This document shows, one piece after another, positions 1 to 8,721 of a DNA stretch of 42,602 nt (position 1 is its first letter; each line of letters starts with the position of its first letter). The stretch spans positions 1-42,602 of the forward strand of contig WJOY01000013.1 of NCBI GenBank assembly GCA_009619075.1, in the 5' to 3' direction. The notes below the pieces were generated by a model, which saw only the letters and a list, made by a program, of their open reading frames with translations, ran no database searches and had not been told where the DNA came from. The position numbers were made by a program, and so were the translations under genes. This DNA is from Dehalococcoidia bacterium (lineage in GTDB: Bacteria; Chloroflexota; Dehalococcoidia; GIF9; AB-539-J10).

Positions 1-164
1 TGAGCAGCGTGGGCTCATTACTAGCTAAAAAACTTGATTATGTTTTCTTTGATACTGGCCTTATGTATCGCGCCTTTACCTGGAAAGCACTTAAATCAGG
101 CATCTCACCTGATAATGAAAACGAACTTTCTCAGCTAGCTTCACCCATGACAACGGACTCGTAG
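1..164 (+). pseudogene. cmk: Truncated duplicate of the 5' part of cytidylate kinase (left end outside window)
   Basis: Bases 1-140 align ungapped to 8768-8907 with 14 mismatches (9-96 identical). Translates SSVGSLLAKKLDYVFFDTGLMYRAFTWKALKSGISPDNENELSQLA, then unrelated SPMTTDS and TAG at 162-164. Confidence 0.9.
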
Positions 165-1228
165 GAGTGAGAGCATGGAGGTCCGGTACTGTAGAGCATC
201 TTTCCTTCGGTCAAATCAATGATCATTGAGGTGAGCGTCTCCCACTGTTCATAGGGGTTGAGGCGCTCATCACGATGCCGGCAGATGGAATTAGGATAAC
301 CAAAGTGGTCCTTCAATACATCTTTAATGGTATCCCACTCCAGATTTCCTCTTTTTTCTTGAAAAAGCCGAAACGCCCGATGGCTACGGATCACTGTATC
401 CGGCAACGCGCCTTTCCCTGTATCTTTTACTCGGAGATTTGGAGATTGGAAATGGTTAGCATGAGTGAGAATACCGCTCTTTGGGTAAAGGAAGAACACA
501 TCGTCCGGTGTACATTCTACATCAATGACCTCCCCATCACGATGAGCAATCACCATATTCACAGAATTTGGCCCTTCAAAGGTCATGAGCATTTTTATAC
601 AGTCAGGTAAGCTTTCGGAATTAAGGATGCCTCGGAATTTGATCCAAGTGGGCAAACCCAGTCGAAAGGAGTCATTTTCGCATCGAATGTAGCTGGGAAC
701 AACTCCTATTCCCGCAGAGTTAAACCCTTTTTGGCTGATAATGCCCGCTTCAGTGTGCATGATGATATCGGGTTTCTTCTTTTGATTGATTCGCAAAATA
801 AGGCATAAACTCTCTACCCCGGGCTTATAATCCCAATTCATACCCACAAATGTATGTTGGTTTCGGGTCGCTTCAGGGGCTAGAGCATAGACTGTACATC
901 CCCCCGGAGCAGTCCAAGTTGGAATCGGGGGCATGTAAGCATAGCTCAGCTCGTATCTGGCATTCAAGGCGACGATTTCTTCGAATTGCAACCCAGACCC
1001 TTTAGCCACTCCCTTTAGTTCCTCGAGTATTTCAGGATCCAATTTCTCAATATAGGGGATAAACTTTTGGGCATCCTTTAGAATCTGATCTCGCTTCGCA
1101 CCCCCGAAATATTCCCAGAAGTTCATGTAAAAAAGAACATTTTTTTGAATCGCTTCCTTAGCCTGTCTCCCATGCTGAAATCCCAAATCATAAGGGTTAC
1201 CACTTACAGAGATCACAGGAATATTCAT
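131..1228 (-). CDS. Peptidase C45 family Ntn-hydrolase (acyl-CoA:6-APA acyltransferase-like)
   Basis: G-x-QHG N-terminal motif, LNARYE, autoprocessing site G|CT, GMNWD, HANHF, SICRH. Start moved to ATG 1228 behind RBS AAGGAGG. Confidence 0.85.
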   Translation of the reverse strand: MNIPVISVSGNPYDLGFQHGRQAKEAIQKNVLFYMNFWEYFGGAKRDQILKDAQKFIPYIEKLDPEILEELKGVAKGSGLQFEEIVALNARYELSYAYMPPIPTWTAPGGCTVYALAPEATRNQHTFVGMNWDYKPGVESLCLILRINQKKKPDIIMHTEAGIISQKGFNSAGIGVVPSYIRCENDSFRLGLPTWIKFRGILNSESLPDCIKMLMTFEGPNSVNMVIAHRDGEVIDVECTPDDVFFLYPKSGILTHANHFQSPNLRVKDTGKGALPDTVIRSHRAFRLFQEKRGNLEWDTIKDVLKDHFGYPNSICRHRDERLNPYEQWETLTSMIIDLTEGKMLYSTGPPCSHSYESVVMGEAS

Positions 1229-1276
1229 CTTTTTCCCTCCTTTGGTTTTAGCCTTCCACAGCTTTTCCACATGTGC

Positions 1277-2014
1277 TTACTTTTGTTTTCCTCTACCTCC
1301 AAGATATGAGAGCCTTACCTCTTCATTTTCTAATAAGCTTTTGCTTTCGCCTTTGAATTTAATTTTACCCATATCCATTACATATCCGCGATGAGAATTA
1401 GCTAGCGCCCTCACGGCATTTTGCTCCACCAGAAGAATTGTTACGCCTTCTTGATTTATTTCTCTTATCGCTTGGAAAAGGCTATCAACTAATTTAGGGG
1501 CAAGGCCGAACGAAGGTTCGTCTAAAAGCAACAGCTTTGGATTCCCCATCAGGGCCCGGCCGATCGATAACATCTGGCGCTCGCCCCCGCTTAGAGTACC
1601 ACCTTTTTGCGATTTTCTTTCTTCCAAACGAGGGAAGAGATGAAAAACTTTTTCACGTATAGTTTTTATCTTGTCCTTGTCTTGCAGTGTCCAAGCGCCT
1701 AAATCGAGATGTTCTTCCACAGTCATATGTGGAAAAATTGCCTTCCCTTGGGGCACATAAGCTACACCCATCTTCGTGACGATGTGGGGTGCACACCCTG
1801 AAATATCCTTCTCTTGGAAAAATATGTTACCTTTCATAGGTTTCAGAAAACCCATTATAGTGTCCAATAAAGTGGTTTTGCCCACTCCATTGCGGCCTAG
1901 AATAGTGGTTATCTCCCCCTGTTTAGCTTCTATAGATAGCTCGTGCAAGATTTCCTTCTTTCCATATCCTGAGCTTAGCTTCTTTGTCTTGATAATATAG
2001 CCATTTTCTTTCAT
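1277..2014 (-). CDS. livF: Branched-chain amino acid-type ABC transporter ATPase (LivF-like)
   Basis: Walker A GRNGVGKTT, LSGGERQM, LLLDEPSFGLAP, LLVEQN. Start ATG 2014 with RBS GGAGAGG. Confidence 0.9.
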   Translation of the reverse strand: MKENGYIIKTKKLSSGYGKKEILHELSIEAKQGEITTILGRNGVGKTTLLDTIMGFLKPMKGNIFFQEKDISGCAPHIVTKMGVAYVPQGKAIFPHMTVEEHLDLGAWTLQDKDKIKTIREKVFHLFPRLEERKSQKGGTLSGGERQMLSIGRALMGNPKLLLLDEPSFGLAPKLVDSLFQAIREINQEGVTILLVEQNAVRALANSHRGYVMDMGKIKFKGESKSLLENEEVRLSYLGGRGKQK

Positions 2015-2045
2015 GTCTTTCCTCTCCAATGAACAAAATAATACA

Positions 2046-2798
2046 TCAAGCCCCAAAATAGACTCGTATTACTTTTTCGTTGTTTTGAACTTCCTTAGGC
2101 GTTCCTTCTGCTATCTTTTCACCAAAATTCAGGCAAATAACCTTATCACAATGTCCCATTATTACATCCATATCATGCTCGACGATAAAAAACGTTTTTC
2201 CCTTCTGGTCACAAAGATTGTGAATAAGCTCTAGTGCTGCCAGTTGCTCGGTTGGATTGATACCTGCTGCTACTTCATCTAATAGCATCACGTCGGCATC
2301 AAACATTAAGATTCTAACTAACTCAAGAAATTTTTGTTGCCCGGTCGATAGTTCACCGGCATAACTATCCTTTTCAGCAACTAAGCCAGCTAACTCAAGT
2401 AGCTCCAGGGCTTTCTCACCTGCATTTCTTTCTCTTAAATTAGCTGCTGTCATTAGGTTTTCTAGCACAGTCATGTTAGGGAATATTCGGATTACCTGCC
2501 AAGTTCTTCCTATGCCTCTTCGCGCAATTTGATAAGGCTTTAGTTTAGTTATATCTTTGCCTCGAAAGAAAACCTTACCCTTATCTGCCCTAAACTGTCC
2601 TGTGATCACATTAAATAACGTGGTTTTCCCAGCTCCGTTCGGTCCGATTAATCCTGTTATTTTACCTTCTTCTATCCATATTGACACATTGTTTAGGGCT
2701 ACGAGGCTTCCAAACTCTTTGGTTACATTTTGAACTTCGAGCACGTTTTTCCCATCTTTCAGCCTTCCTTCCTCATCTCTATCTACCGAGATCATCAT
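2046..2798 (-). CDS. livG: Branched-chain amino acid-type ABC transporter ATPase (LivG-like)
   Basis: GPNGAGKTTLFN, GIGRTWQ, LLDEVAAG, VEHDM, VYFG C-terminus. Confidence 0.9.
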   Translation of the reverse strand: MMISVDRDEEGRLKDGKNVLEVQNVTKEFGSLVALNNVSIWIEEGKITGLIGPNGAGKTTLFNVITGQFRADKGKVFFRGKDITKLKPYQIARRGIGRTWQVIRIFPNMTVLENLMTAANLRERNAGEKALELLELAGLVAEKDSYAGELSTGQQKFLELVRILMFDADVMLLDEVAAGINPTEQLAALELIHNLCDQKGKTFFIVEHDMDVIMGHCDKVICLNFGEKIAEGTPKEVQNNEKVIRVYFGA

Positions 2799-2833
2799 TA
2801 CACCTCCTTTTGAAAAGTTTTGTTACACCACTG

Positions 2834-3814
2834 CTAAATAGCTCTTGTCCTTGGGAGTATCCCCCTGCTCTTGAACCATGTTATTATTCCACCAGGCAGT
2901 AACAAAACTAGCAGTACGATAACAGCTCCGCAGGCCATAAAGTATGTCTCAGGCAAAACTGACCAAAAAAATTCTTCAACGAAAGTCATTATAACAGCAC
3001 CTACTACCGGCCCCCATAGGGTCCCTATACCTCCAAGCAAAACCATTATTATAGGTAAGCTGTTATACCACGCACTAAATGCCGAAGATGGATCAATATA
3101 ATTCTGAAAGGCGAAAAAGACACTAGCTGCCAGCCCAGCGAAAAAGCCACTTATAGCAAAAGCACTGATTTTTTCTTTTGTCGTATTTATCCCTATTGAA
3201 CCCGCCCCTTCCTCATCTTCCCTAATTGCCAGCAGTTTAGCTCCAAAGCTTGAAGTAATTATCTTATAGGCCACAAAGACAGTTGCTGCACTGATGAAAA
3301 ATGCCGAGTAGTACATCGTCAGGTCACTTACAGGTTGGACAAATTGAAATCCGTAACCGCCATGGGTTAGCGGTATAAGATATTCAGTGGTAGCTAGGAC
3401 TGGTGCCGCTAGTAATAAGCACAACATACCTATGGCAAAGTATGAACCCCTCAGCCTCAGCATAAACGAACCTAAAATAAGAGCACCTATCGAGGCAAAA
3501 ACACCTCCGAGCAACCACCCAACCGGCCACCATATTCCGTGATCGATGATAAGAATCGCACTGGCATAACCACCTATCCCGGCAAACACTGAAAAACCGA
3601 AATTTATATAGCCAGTGAAACCGGTCATAATATTCCAGGCTTCGGCATAGGCTATATATATAAACATTAGAAAAACTACGCTACATAAATATGGACTCAC
3701 TATGCGAGGCAAGGCTATGAGTAATGCTACCACGATAACTGCTATAGCATAGAGCCACAATCTTTTATCTGTTTTGAATTTTTCTGCTAATCTTAGTTTA
3801 TCACTCTTATTCAA
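2834..3814 (-). CDS. livM: Branched-chain amino acid-type ABC permease (LivM-like)
   Basis: WNIMTGFTGYINFG, LRLRGSYFAI, AIREDE, LLGGIGTLWGP; multiple TM segments. Confidence 0.88.
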   Translation of the reverse strand: MNKSDKLRLAEKFKTDKRLWLYAIAVIVVALLIALPRIVSPYLCSVVFLMFIYIAYAEAWNIMTGFTGYINFGFSVFAGIGGYASAILIIDHGIWWPVGWLLGGVFASIGALILGSFMLRLRGSYFAIGMLCLLLAAPVLATTEYLIPLTHGGYGFQFVQPVSDLTMYYSAFFISAATVFVAYKIITSSFGAKLLAIREDEEGAGSIGINTTKEKISAFAISGFFAGLAASVFFAFQNYIDPSSAFSAWYNSLPIIMVLLGGIGTLWGPVVGAVIMTFVEEFFWSVLPETYFMACGAVIVLLVLLLPGGIITWFKSRGILPRTRAI

Positions 3815-3854
3815 GCAGCACTCTCCTTTCTGGAAAATTACGATAACAACTTGC

Positions 3855-4721
3855 TTAGTCCACCCGTTCTACCACTCCCCATAAGCCTTGGGGTCTAAAG
3901 ATAAAAACTGCTATGACCGTTAGGGGCGCAATAACGCCAGCTATCGTTGCCCCCCAATACATGGTCCCCACACTTTCAGCTATGCCTAAAAATACTCCGC
4001 CTAAAAGAGCCCCCGGGAGGCTTCCTAGCCCTCCCAACGCTACCATAGCAAAACATTTCAGGATAAGGATCTGACCAATGGAAGGGTAAATAGCCCATTG
4101 AATGGCAATTAAACCTCCGGCAATGCCAGCCAAAGCCCCTCCCATAGCATAGCTAAGGAGCCTGATTCTATGTATGTTAATGCCACTTATTAAAGCAACG
4201 CGCGGATTTTGTGATGCTGCTCTCAATGCTTTTCCAATTCTTGTCCATTTCAGAGACGCAAAAAGCACACCGGCTATAATGAGAGCAACTACAAAGCATA
4301 TAATCTTATTTACGGAAAGGTAACTACCCAGGAAACCTATTGAACCGGTAGGATAATTAACCGATCTAAACGTGCTGCCAAAAGCAAATTCACTAAAGTT
4401 CCATAAAAAGATTGCAAGGCCGAAGGTTAATACACGGGATAGTAACGGAAATTTACCAACTACTCTAAATATAGCTACTTTGTAAAGAAAGGCTGCAAGG
4501 GCAGCTATAACAAGCATTGCAACGAACGTTGCCCCAATTGGGTTCATCCCTAGCAAAAACCACAGCCAAAAACAGGTAAAAGCACCCAACATGAGAAATT
4601 CACCATGTACCAAGTTAATGATTCTCATTATTCCAAATATCAAGCTTAGCCCCATTGCCCCTAAACCATAAACACTTCCCAACAATATTCCTTCGACAAG
4701 AGCTATAATTAACAGTTCCAT
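3855..4721 (-). CDS. livH: Branched-chain amino acid-type ABC permease (LivH-like)
   Basis: GLSLIFGIMRIINLVHGEF, GKALRA, LGGLGS, FRPQGL. Confidence 0.9.
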   Translation of the reverse strand: MELLIIALVEGILLGSVYGLGAMGLSLIFGIMRIINLVHGEFLMLGAFTCFWLWFLLGMNPIGATFVAMLVIAALAAFLYKVAIFRVVGKFPLLSRVLTFGLAIFLWNFSEFAFGSTFRSVNYPTGSIGFLGSYLSVNKIICFVVALIIAGVLFASLKWTRIGKALRAASQNPRVALISGINIHRIRLLSYAMGGALAGIAGGLIAIQWAIYPSIGQILILKCFAMVALGGLGSLPGALLGGVFLGIAESVGTMYWGATIAGVIAPLTVIAVFIFRPQGLWGVVERVD

Positions 4722-4733
4722 AAACGCACCTCC

Positions 4734-4781
4734 CCTATTAACAAATAAGATTCTGCACGCAGAATCTTATTTGTTAATAGG
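4734..4781. repeat. Perfect 23-bp inverted repeat between binding-protein gene and permease
   Basis: CCTATTAACAAATAAGATTCTGC-AC-GCAGAATCTTATTTGTTAATAGG, abutting the livH RBS; no U-tract. Confidence 0.9.
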
Positions 4782-4850
4782 AACTTGACTTACTTCCTCA
4801 GCTAGCAACGACCCCATTCTATCCCATCATAAGTATATAAGATTACATCT

Positions 4851-6158
4851 TTAGTCCCAGCCGGGGTGTGGCCAGATTGGCTCTGCTGTGGCAAGTTCGT
4901 AAGGATATATAACTTCTTTTACCCAATCGCCTATTATAACTTGACCAGGTGGATACTCGACCCCCACTTTCTTCGGTTGCCATTGAATTAAAAGTCCCTT
5001 GGACGCAGTTTGGAATCCCGAATCCGGTGAATCAAGTGGCAGTACTTTATATGGTCCGTAGACAGTCTCAACCTCCATCTCAAACAAGGTATCTCTAATA
5101 GCTTCCTTATCAATCGCACCGACCTCCTTTACAGCTATCTCCATAAGTTGGCCCGCTAGATAACCAAAAGTGGTGTGGTACTCATGTTTTTCCGGTGGAA
5201 GACCCGCTATCCTATAAGTGGCCTCCAGATATTCCTCGTTGCCTGGTGTATCAAGTATTCCTTCCCAAAGTGACTCACAACACATAGCGTAGCAGGCATC
5301 TCCTACGGCCTCAACATAAGTAGGCGCTCCAGCTCCGACGGTCCAAACAAAAATCCCTGCATCTGCCTTGAGTGCCTGAGCAGCTTTTGTAAGCCCTATT
5401 GAGTCAGGTTCATATCCTCCGATTCCTACGACATCCGGTTTTGCCGCCATAGCTTTAGTTAGAATAGGCGTCCAGTCTGTTATTCCTTTTGGATATGCCT
5501 CACATAATACGACTTCTATTCCCTTCGCTTCCAATTGACCGCGGAAGGAATTCATTAGAGATATCGGAAAGGCTGTGTCCTCATGTATTATGGCTGCAGT
5601 TTTAGCTCCCATTTTAGCAGCTATATCAGCCACTCCCGGGAAGTATTCATCTGTTGGCTGCATCCCTTGGACCATCCATTGTAGATTATTCCCTCCCCAT
5701 ATTCCGGGGTCAGAGGCCCCACATGATGCAGTTGGCATTTCATATCTTTCTACCACGGTAGAAATGGCTTTAGCGATAGCACTACTATAGGGGCCAAAGC
5801 ACAGATCTACTTTGTCTTCTGTAATTAATTTGTGGTATAATTTTACCCCTGTAGCAGGATCACTTTTATCATCGTAAATTATGACTTCTACCGGCCTCCC
5901 ATCTATAAGTCCTGGTTCAGTATGCCCACACCATTCCAAACCCGAACTATAACCTCTTTCATTTACCTGTGTTTGCCATACGAGGAGACCTTCTTTATAT
6001 CGCTCTCCCGTCCATGAATATTTCCCTGTTAGGGCAAGAGAGCAACCTATCTTGATGGGCTCCACCTCCTCCTTAGGTGGTGCACAACCAGGTAGGACAA
6101 ATGCTGCTACCAACACCACAGCCAATCCCAAAACCAATACTAACTTAACCTTCTTCAT
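4851..6158 (-). CDS. ABC substrate-binding lipoprotein, LivK/PBP1 family
   Basis: Signal peptide with lipobox-like LPGC, IKIGCSLALTG, YDDKSDP, GPYSS; heads the liv operon. Confidence 0.88.
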   Translation of the reverse strand: MKKVKLVLVLGLAVVLVAAFVLPGCAPPKEEVEPIKIGCSLALTGKYSWTGERYKEGLLVWQTQVNERGYSSGLEWCGHTEPGLIDGRPVEVIIYDDKSDPATGVKLYHKLITEDKVDLCFGPYSSAIAKAISTVVERYEMPTASCGASDPGIWGGNNLQWMVQGMQPTDEYFPGVADIAAKMGAKTAAIIHEDTAFPISLMNSFRGQLEAKGIEVVLCEAYPKGITDWTPILTKAMAAKPDVVGIGGYEPDSIGLTKAAQALKADAGIFVWTVGAGAPTYVEAVGDACYAMCCESLWEGILDTPGNEEYLEATYRIAGLPPEKHEYHTTFGYLAGQLMEIAVKEVGAIDKEAIRDTLFEMEVETVYGPYKVLPLDSPDSGFQTASKGLLIQWQPKKVGVEYPPGQVIIGDWVKEVIYPYELATAEPIWPHPGWD

Positions 6159-6276
6159 TCTCTTCTCCTTTTACTTTTTATTTAACTTCTTACCTCTTAT
6201 TACATCCCAAACTATCTAACCTATAGGCACCACCTCCTTTGCCACTTTTCCTTATTGCCCTAAGCTAAATTCTGTT

Positions 6277-6336
6277 TATAATATCTGCATCTATAATAAA
6301 ACCACTATAATATCTCTACCTAGAATAATTTGTCAA
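6277..6336 (-). promoter_or_regulatory. Sigma70-type promoter of the liv/C45 operon with three TATAATA direct repeats
   Basis: Minus strand TTGACA (6336-6331), 18 bp, TATTAT (6312-6307). Plus-strand TATAATA(TCT) at 6277, 6292 and 6306. Confidence 0.55.
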
Positions 6337-6349
6337 TACCTCGAAGGCT

Positions 6350-6625
6350 CTATACGGCTCCAAAACTGATAGCCTCGTCTACGCCATCAGAGCCCCAACC
6401 ACAGTAATTAATCCAACCAATCCGATAAGTATGGCAAACGACGGTCCTATTGCTGAGATTACTGACGCTTTAAGTCAGGTTCTAAGTCGACTCTCGGTAA
6501 TACCCATTTGCCTTCCTGTACTGAGTGCTTTAGGCAGGAATATGATTGTCCGCAAGAAAACAACAGCCACGGCCATCTCCCTCACTATCCAGAACCCAAA
6601 TTTATTGGCACTTCTAAATATCCAT
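6350..6625 (-). pseudogene. Degraded DUF5058-family membrane protein, N-terminal fragment
   Basis: Reads MDI / ANKFGFWIVREMAVAVVFLRTIIFLPKALSTGRQMGITESRLRT*LKASVISAIGPSFAILIGLVGLITVVGALMA*TRLSV. The SAIGPS and AW-x-RLS pattern is recalled for DUF5058. Stops at 6475-6477 and 6379-6381, plus a frameshift after the ATG. Confidence 0.7.
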
Positions 6626-6721
6626 TAGCCACTTTCTACCTCTTGACTTGGCATTAATTTGTGCCGTGTTTAATCTTTCAATATTATCTTTCGCAAATCT
6701 CTTGTCTTTCCCTCCAAGTTG

Positions 6722-7918
6722 CTATTTTAGGTAGTTAATTGCAAGAGCAATGTAATACTTAACAGAATCTATAACCTGCGATATTTCTACATATTCATTT
6801 GGCTTGTGGCTACGGCTGGGGTCACCTGGTCCATAAATAATCATTGGGATATATTTTTCCTTTTCGAATGAAACACCATCGGTGTAATAATACACCCCAG
6901 CTGGACCAATTTCTTTGCCAAAAACCTGTTTGTAGGTATTAAAAGCTACTTTGGTGAATTCATCACCCATACTCGTTTCAATTGGTGGGTAATTGTTCAG
7001 AGGTTCTACGTCAATGCGACAGGTCCCATCTTCCTTTCTCATTTTGTCCAAAATTTCATGGATATCAGCCATGACTTTGTCATGTGATATGCCTGGCACC
7101 GTTCTTATATCAACGGTAGCTTCACACTTCTCGGGAAGGACATTAGTATTTCTTCCAGCATGCATAGTTGTTATGCTCATAGAAGGGCTGCTCAGCAAGG
7201 GGTGCTCTTGCACTTGGAACTCATAATGTCGGAAGGTTTCAAAAAATTTGAGCATGTGAAGCAATGCATTAATCCCTTCTTTTGGAAGCCCACCATGGGC
7301 TGTCTTCCCATATGAAGTAAATTTAAGCCAAAAGGCGCCCTTTTCTGCCACGTAGATCTTTCTTTCACTGGCCTCACTAATAGCCAAAGCATCGATGTCA
7401 TCTACTCCATATTTCTTTACATATGCTTTACTTCCATAGCAGTCAACCTCTTCACTGGCAGTGTTTACAAATGTCAGAGTTCCATTCAGCTTAATTCCTG
7501 CTTTCTTCAAAAGACACATTGCCATTATCATAGCAGCATCGCCGGCCTTCATATCACTTGTGCCACGCCCGTACATTAGATCCCCTTCAATCTCCGCCCC
7601 AAATGGATCATGCTCCCAGTTCTGCTTCGTTGCCGGCACTACATCTAAGTGGCCACTGTACACAAGATTTGGTCTCGGTTCAGCTCCGCTTAATTTCGCG
7701 ATGAGGTTCGCCCGATTCACTCCTTCCAGATCATCAATTTGCGGACTAAATCCATACTCTTTAAATTTTTTTCCGACTATTAAGGCTACGTCCTTTTCAT
7801 TTCCTGGTGGATTAGAACTGTTCACCTTAATCAGTTCGGCAAGAAAATCGATAACTTCCTGCTTATTCATTAGACCTACACACTGCCTATATGTATCTTC
7901 ACTCGAATAATTTCCCAT
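6722..7918 (-). CDS. M20 family metallopeptidase (ArgE/DapE-like)
   Basis: SGHLDVVP, GRGTSDMKAG, SEEV, SEAS, AHGG, GPG..SHKPNEYV. Start ATG 7918 with RBS GAAAGGAG. Confidence 0.9.
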   Translation of the reverse strand: MGNYSSEDTYRQCVGLMNKQEVIDFLAELIKVNSSNPPGNEKDVALIVGKKFKEYGFSPQIDDLEGVNRANLIAKLSGAEPRPNLVYSGHLDVVPATKQNWEHDPFGAEIEGDLMYGRGTSDMKAGDAAMIMAMCLLKKAGIKLNGTLTFVNTASEEVDCYGSKAYVKKYGVDDIDALAISEASERKIYVAEKGAFWLKFTSYGKTAHGGLPKEGINALLHMLKFFETFRHYEFQVQEHPLLSSPSMSITTMHAGRNTNVLPEKCEATVDIRTVPGISHDKVMADIHEILDKMRKEDGTCRIDVEPLNNYPPIETSMGDEFTKVAFNTYKQVFGKEIGPAGVYYYTDGVSFEKEKYIPMIIYGPGDPSRSHKPNEYVEISQVIDSVKYYIALAINYLK

Positions 7919-7950
7919 TGTACACACTCCTTTCAACTATCTAAACTCCT

Positions 7951-7987
7951 TATATAGGCCCGCTCAGGTTGAGAGCGAACCTATATA
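7951..7987 (-). terminator. Stem-loop upstream of the M20 gene (intercistronic hairpin or terminator of a lost upstream gene)
   Basis: Minus strand TATATAGGTTCGCTC-TCAACCT-GAGCGGGCCTATATA: 15-bp stem with two G-U pairs. Confidence 0.5.
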
Positions 7988-8014
7988 TCAAAGAGGCCTG
8001 ATATGGGCATTAAT

Positions 8015-8564
8015 TGTACACGTTCATATGATTAGTGACACCCCACCTCCTTTCTTTAAACTGCTGTGATGTGAGGTGTCCCACTGCCTGGTGAGGTCGG
8101 ATAGTATTATACACCTTCTCCCATTTCAGCAAAGCTCGATTCAGCTCCAGTATCTCGAAACTGACATCCGTTACTTCGTAAAACTCCTCGGTGTGTGTCC
8201 TTTGTGCTCTCTCCAGATGGCCATTGAGTTTGAGTGAGTGTGGTGGGCAAGACGAATAACTTAATACCTCTTCGCTGACCCTCCTTCTTAAATGCGTCTT
8301 GAAATTCTGAACTCCCATCTACCTGGATAACCCTGATAGGAAAGGACATTCACTCTAACAGGGTATCAATGAATTCAGAGGCGGTGGCGAGGCTTGCTCT
8401 ACTATGAGCCTCCAGTACATCCCAGCCCAGCCCAGCCTTCTTGGATAGCTTGGGGATGCTCGACAGACGTCTATATCCCGGAATTGTACTATAGACATTC
8501 ATAATACAACCATTATAGCGCCCTTTCATAAGTCATGTGTCACCTATCTATCTGAACAAGATCA
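8015..8564 (-). mobile_element. Internally deleted, inactive IS481-like insertion sequence
   Basis: Transposase remnants: MNVYSTIPGYRRLSSIPKLSKKA (ATG 8502) joined to WDVLEAHSRA..LE*MSFPIRVIQVDGSSEF..GIKLFVLP, frameshift, PHSLKLNGHLERAQRTHTEEFY..YNTIRPHQAVG. Imperfect terminal IRs at 8015-8041 (starts TGT) and 8537-8564. Confidence 0.8.
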
Positions 8565-8721
8565 CTTGTGCCACAGTGGTATGTAGCTGTATTCTAAGTC
8601 TGCTCTGGGGTCTGATAGCTGTTTTTGGTGCAGCTCAATGTTAGCGCTGCAAGCTCACTGCTTGGATATGATTCCTTAAAACTTTAAAAGCCAAACCCAG
8701 GATGATAAGATAGGAAACAAT

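Noticed and set aside
6379-6477. In-frame TGA and TAG as possible selenocysteine or pyrrolysine recoding
   Set aside because: They occur with a frameshift and truncation, and TAG falls at an expected Trp (TGG); ordinary decay explains them.
6431-6628. 65-aa plus-strand ORF
   Set aside because: Antisense shadow of the DUF5058-like pseudogene; no RBS or motif.
8010-8349. Two overlapping ORFs as a programmed-frameshift transposase
   Set aside because: An upstream in-frame stop and a large internal deletion show the element is dead.
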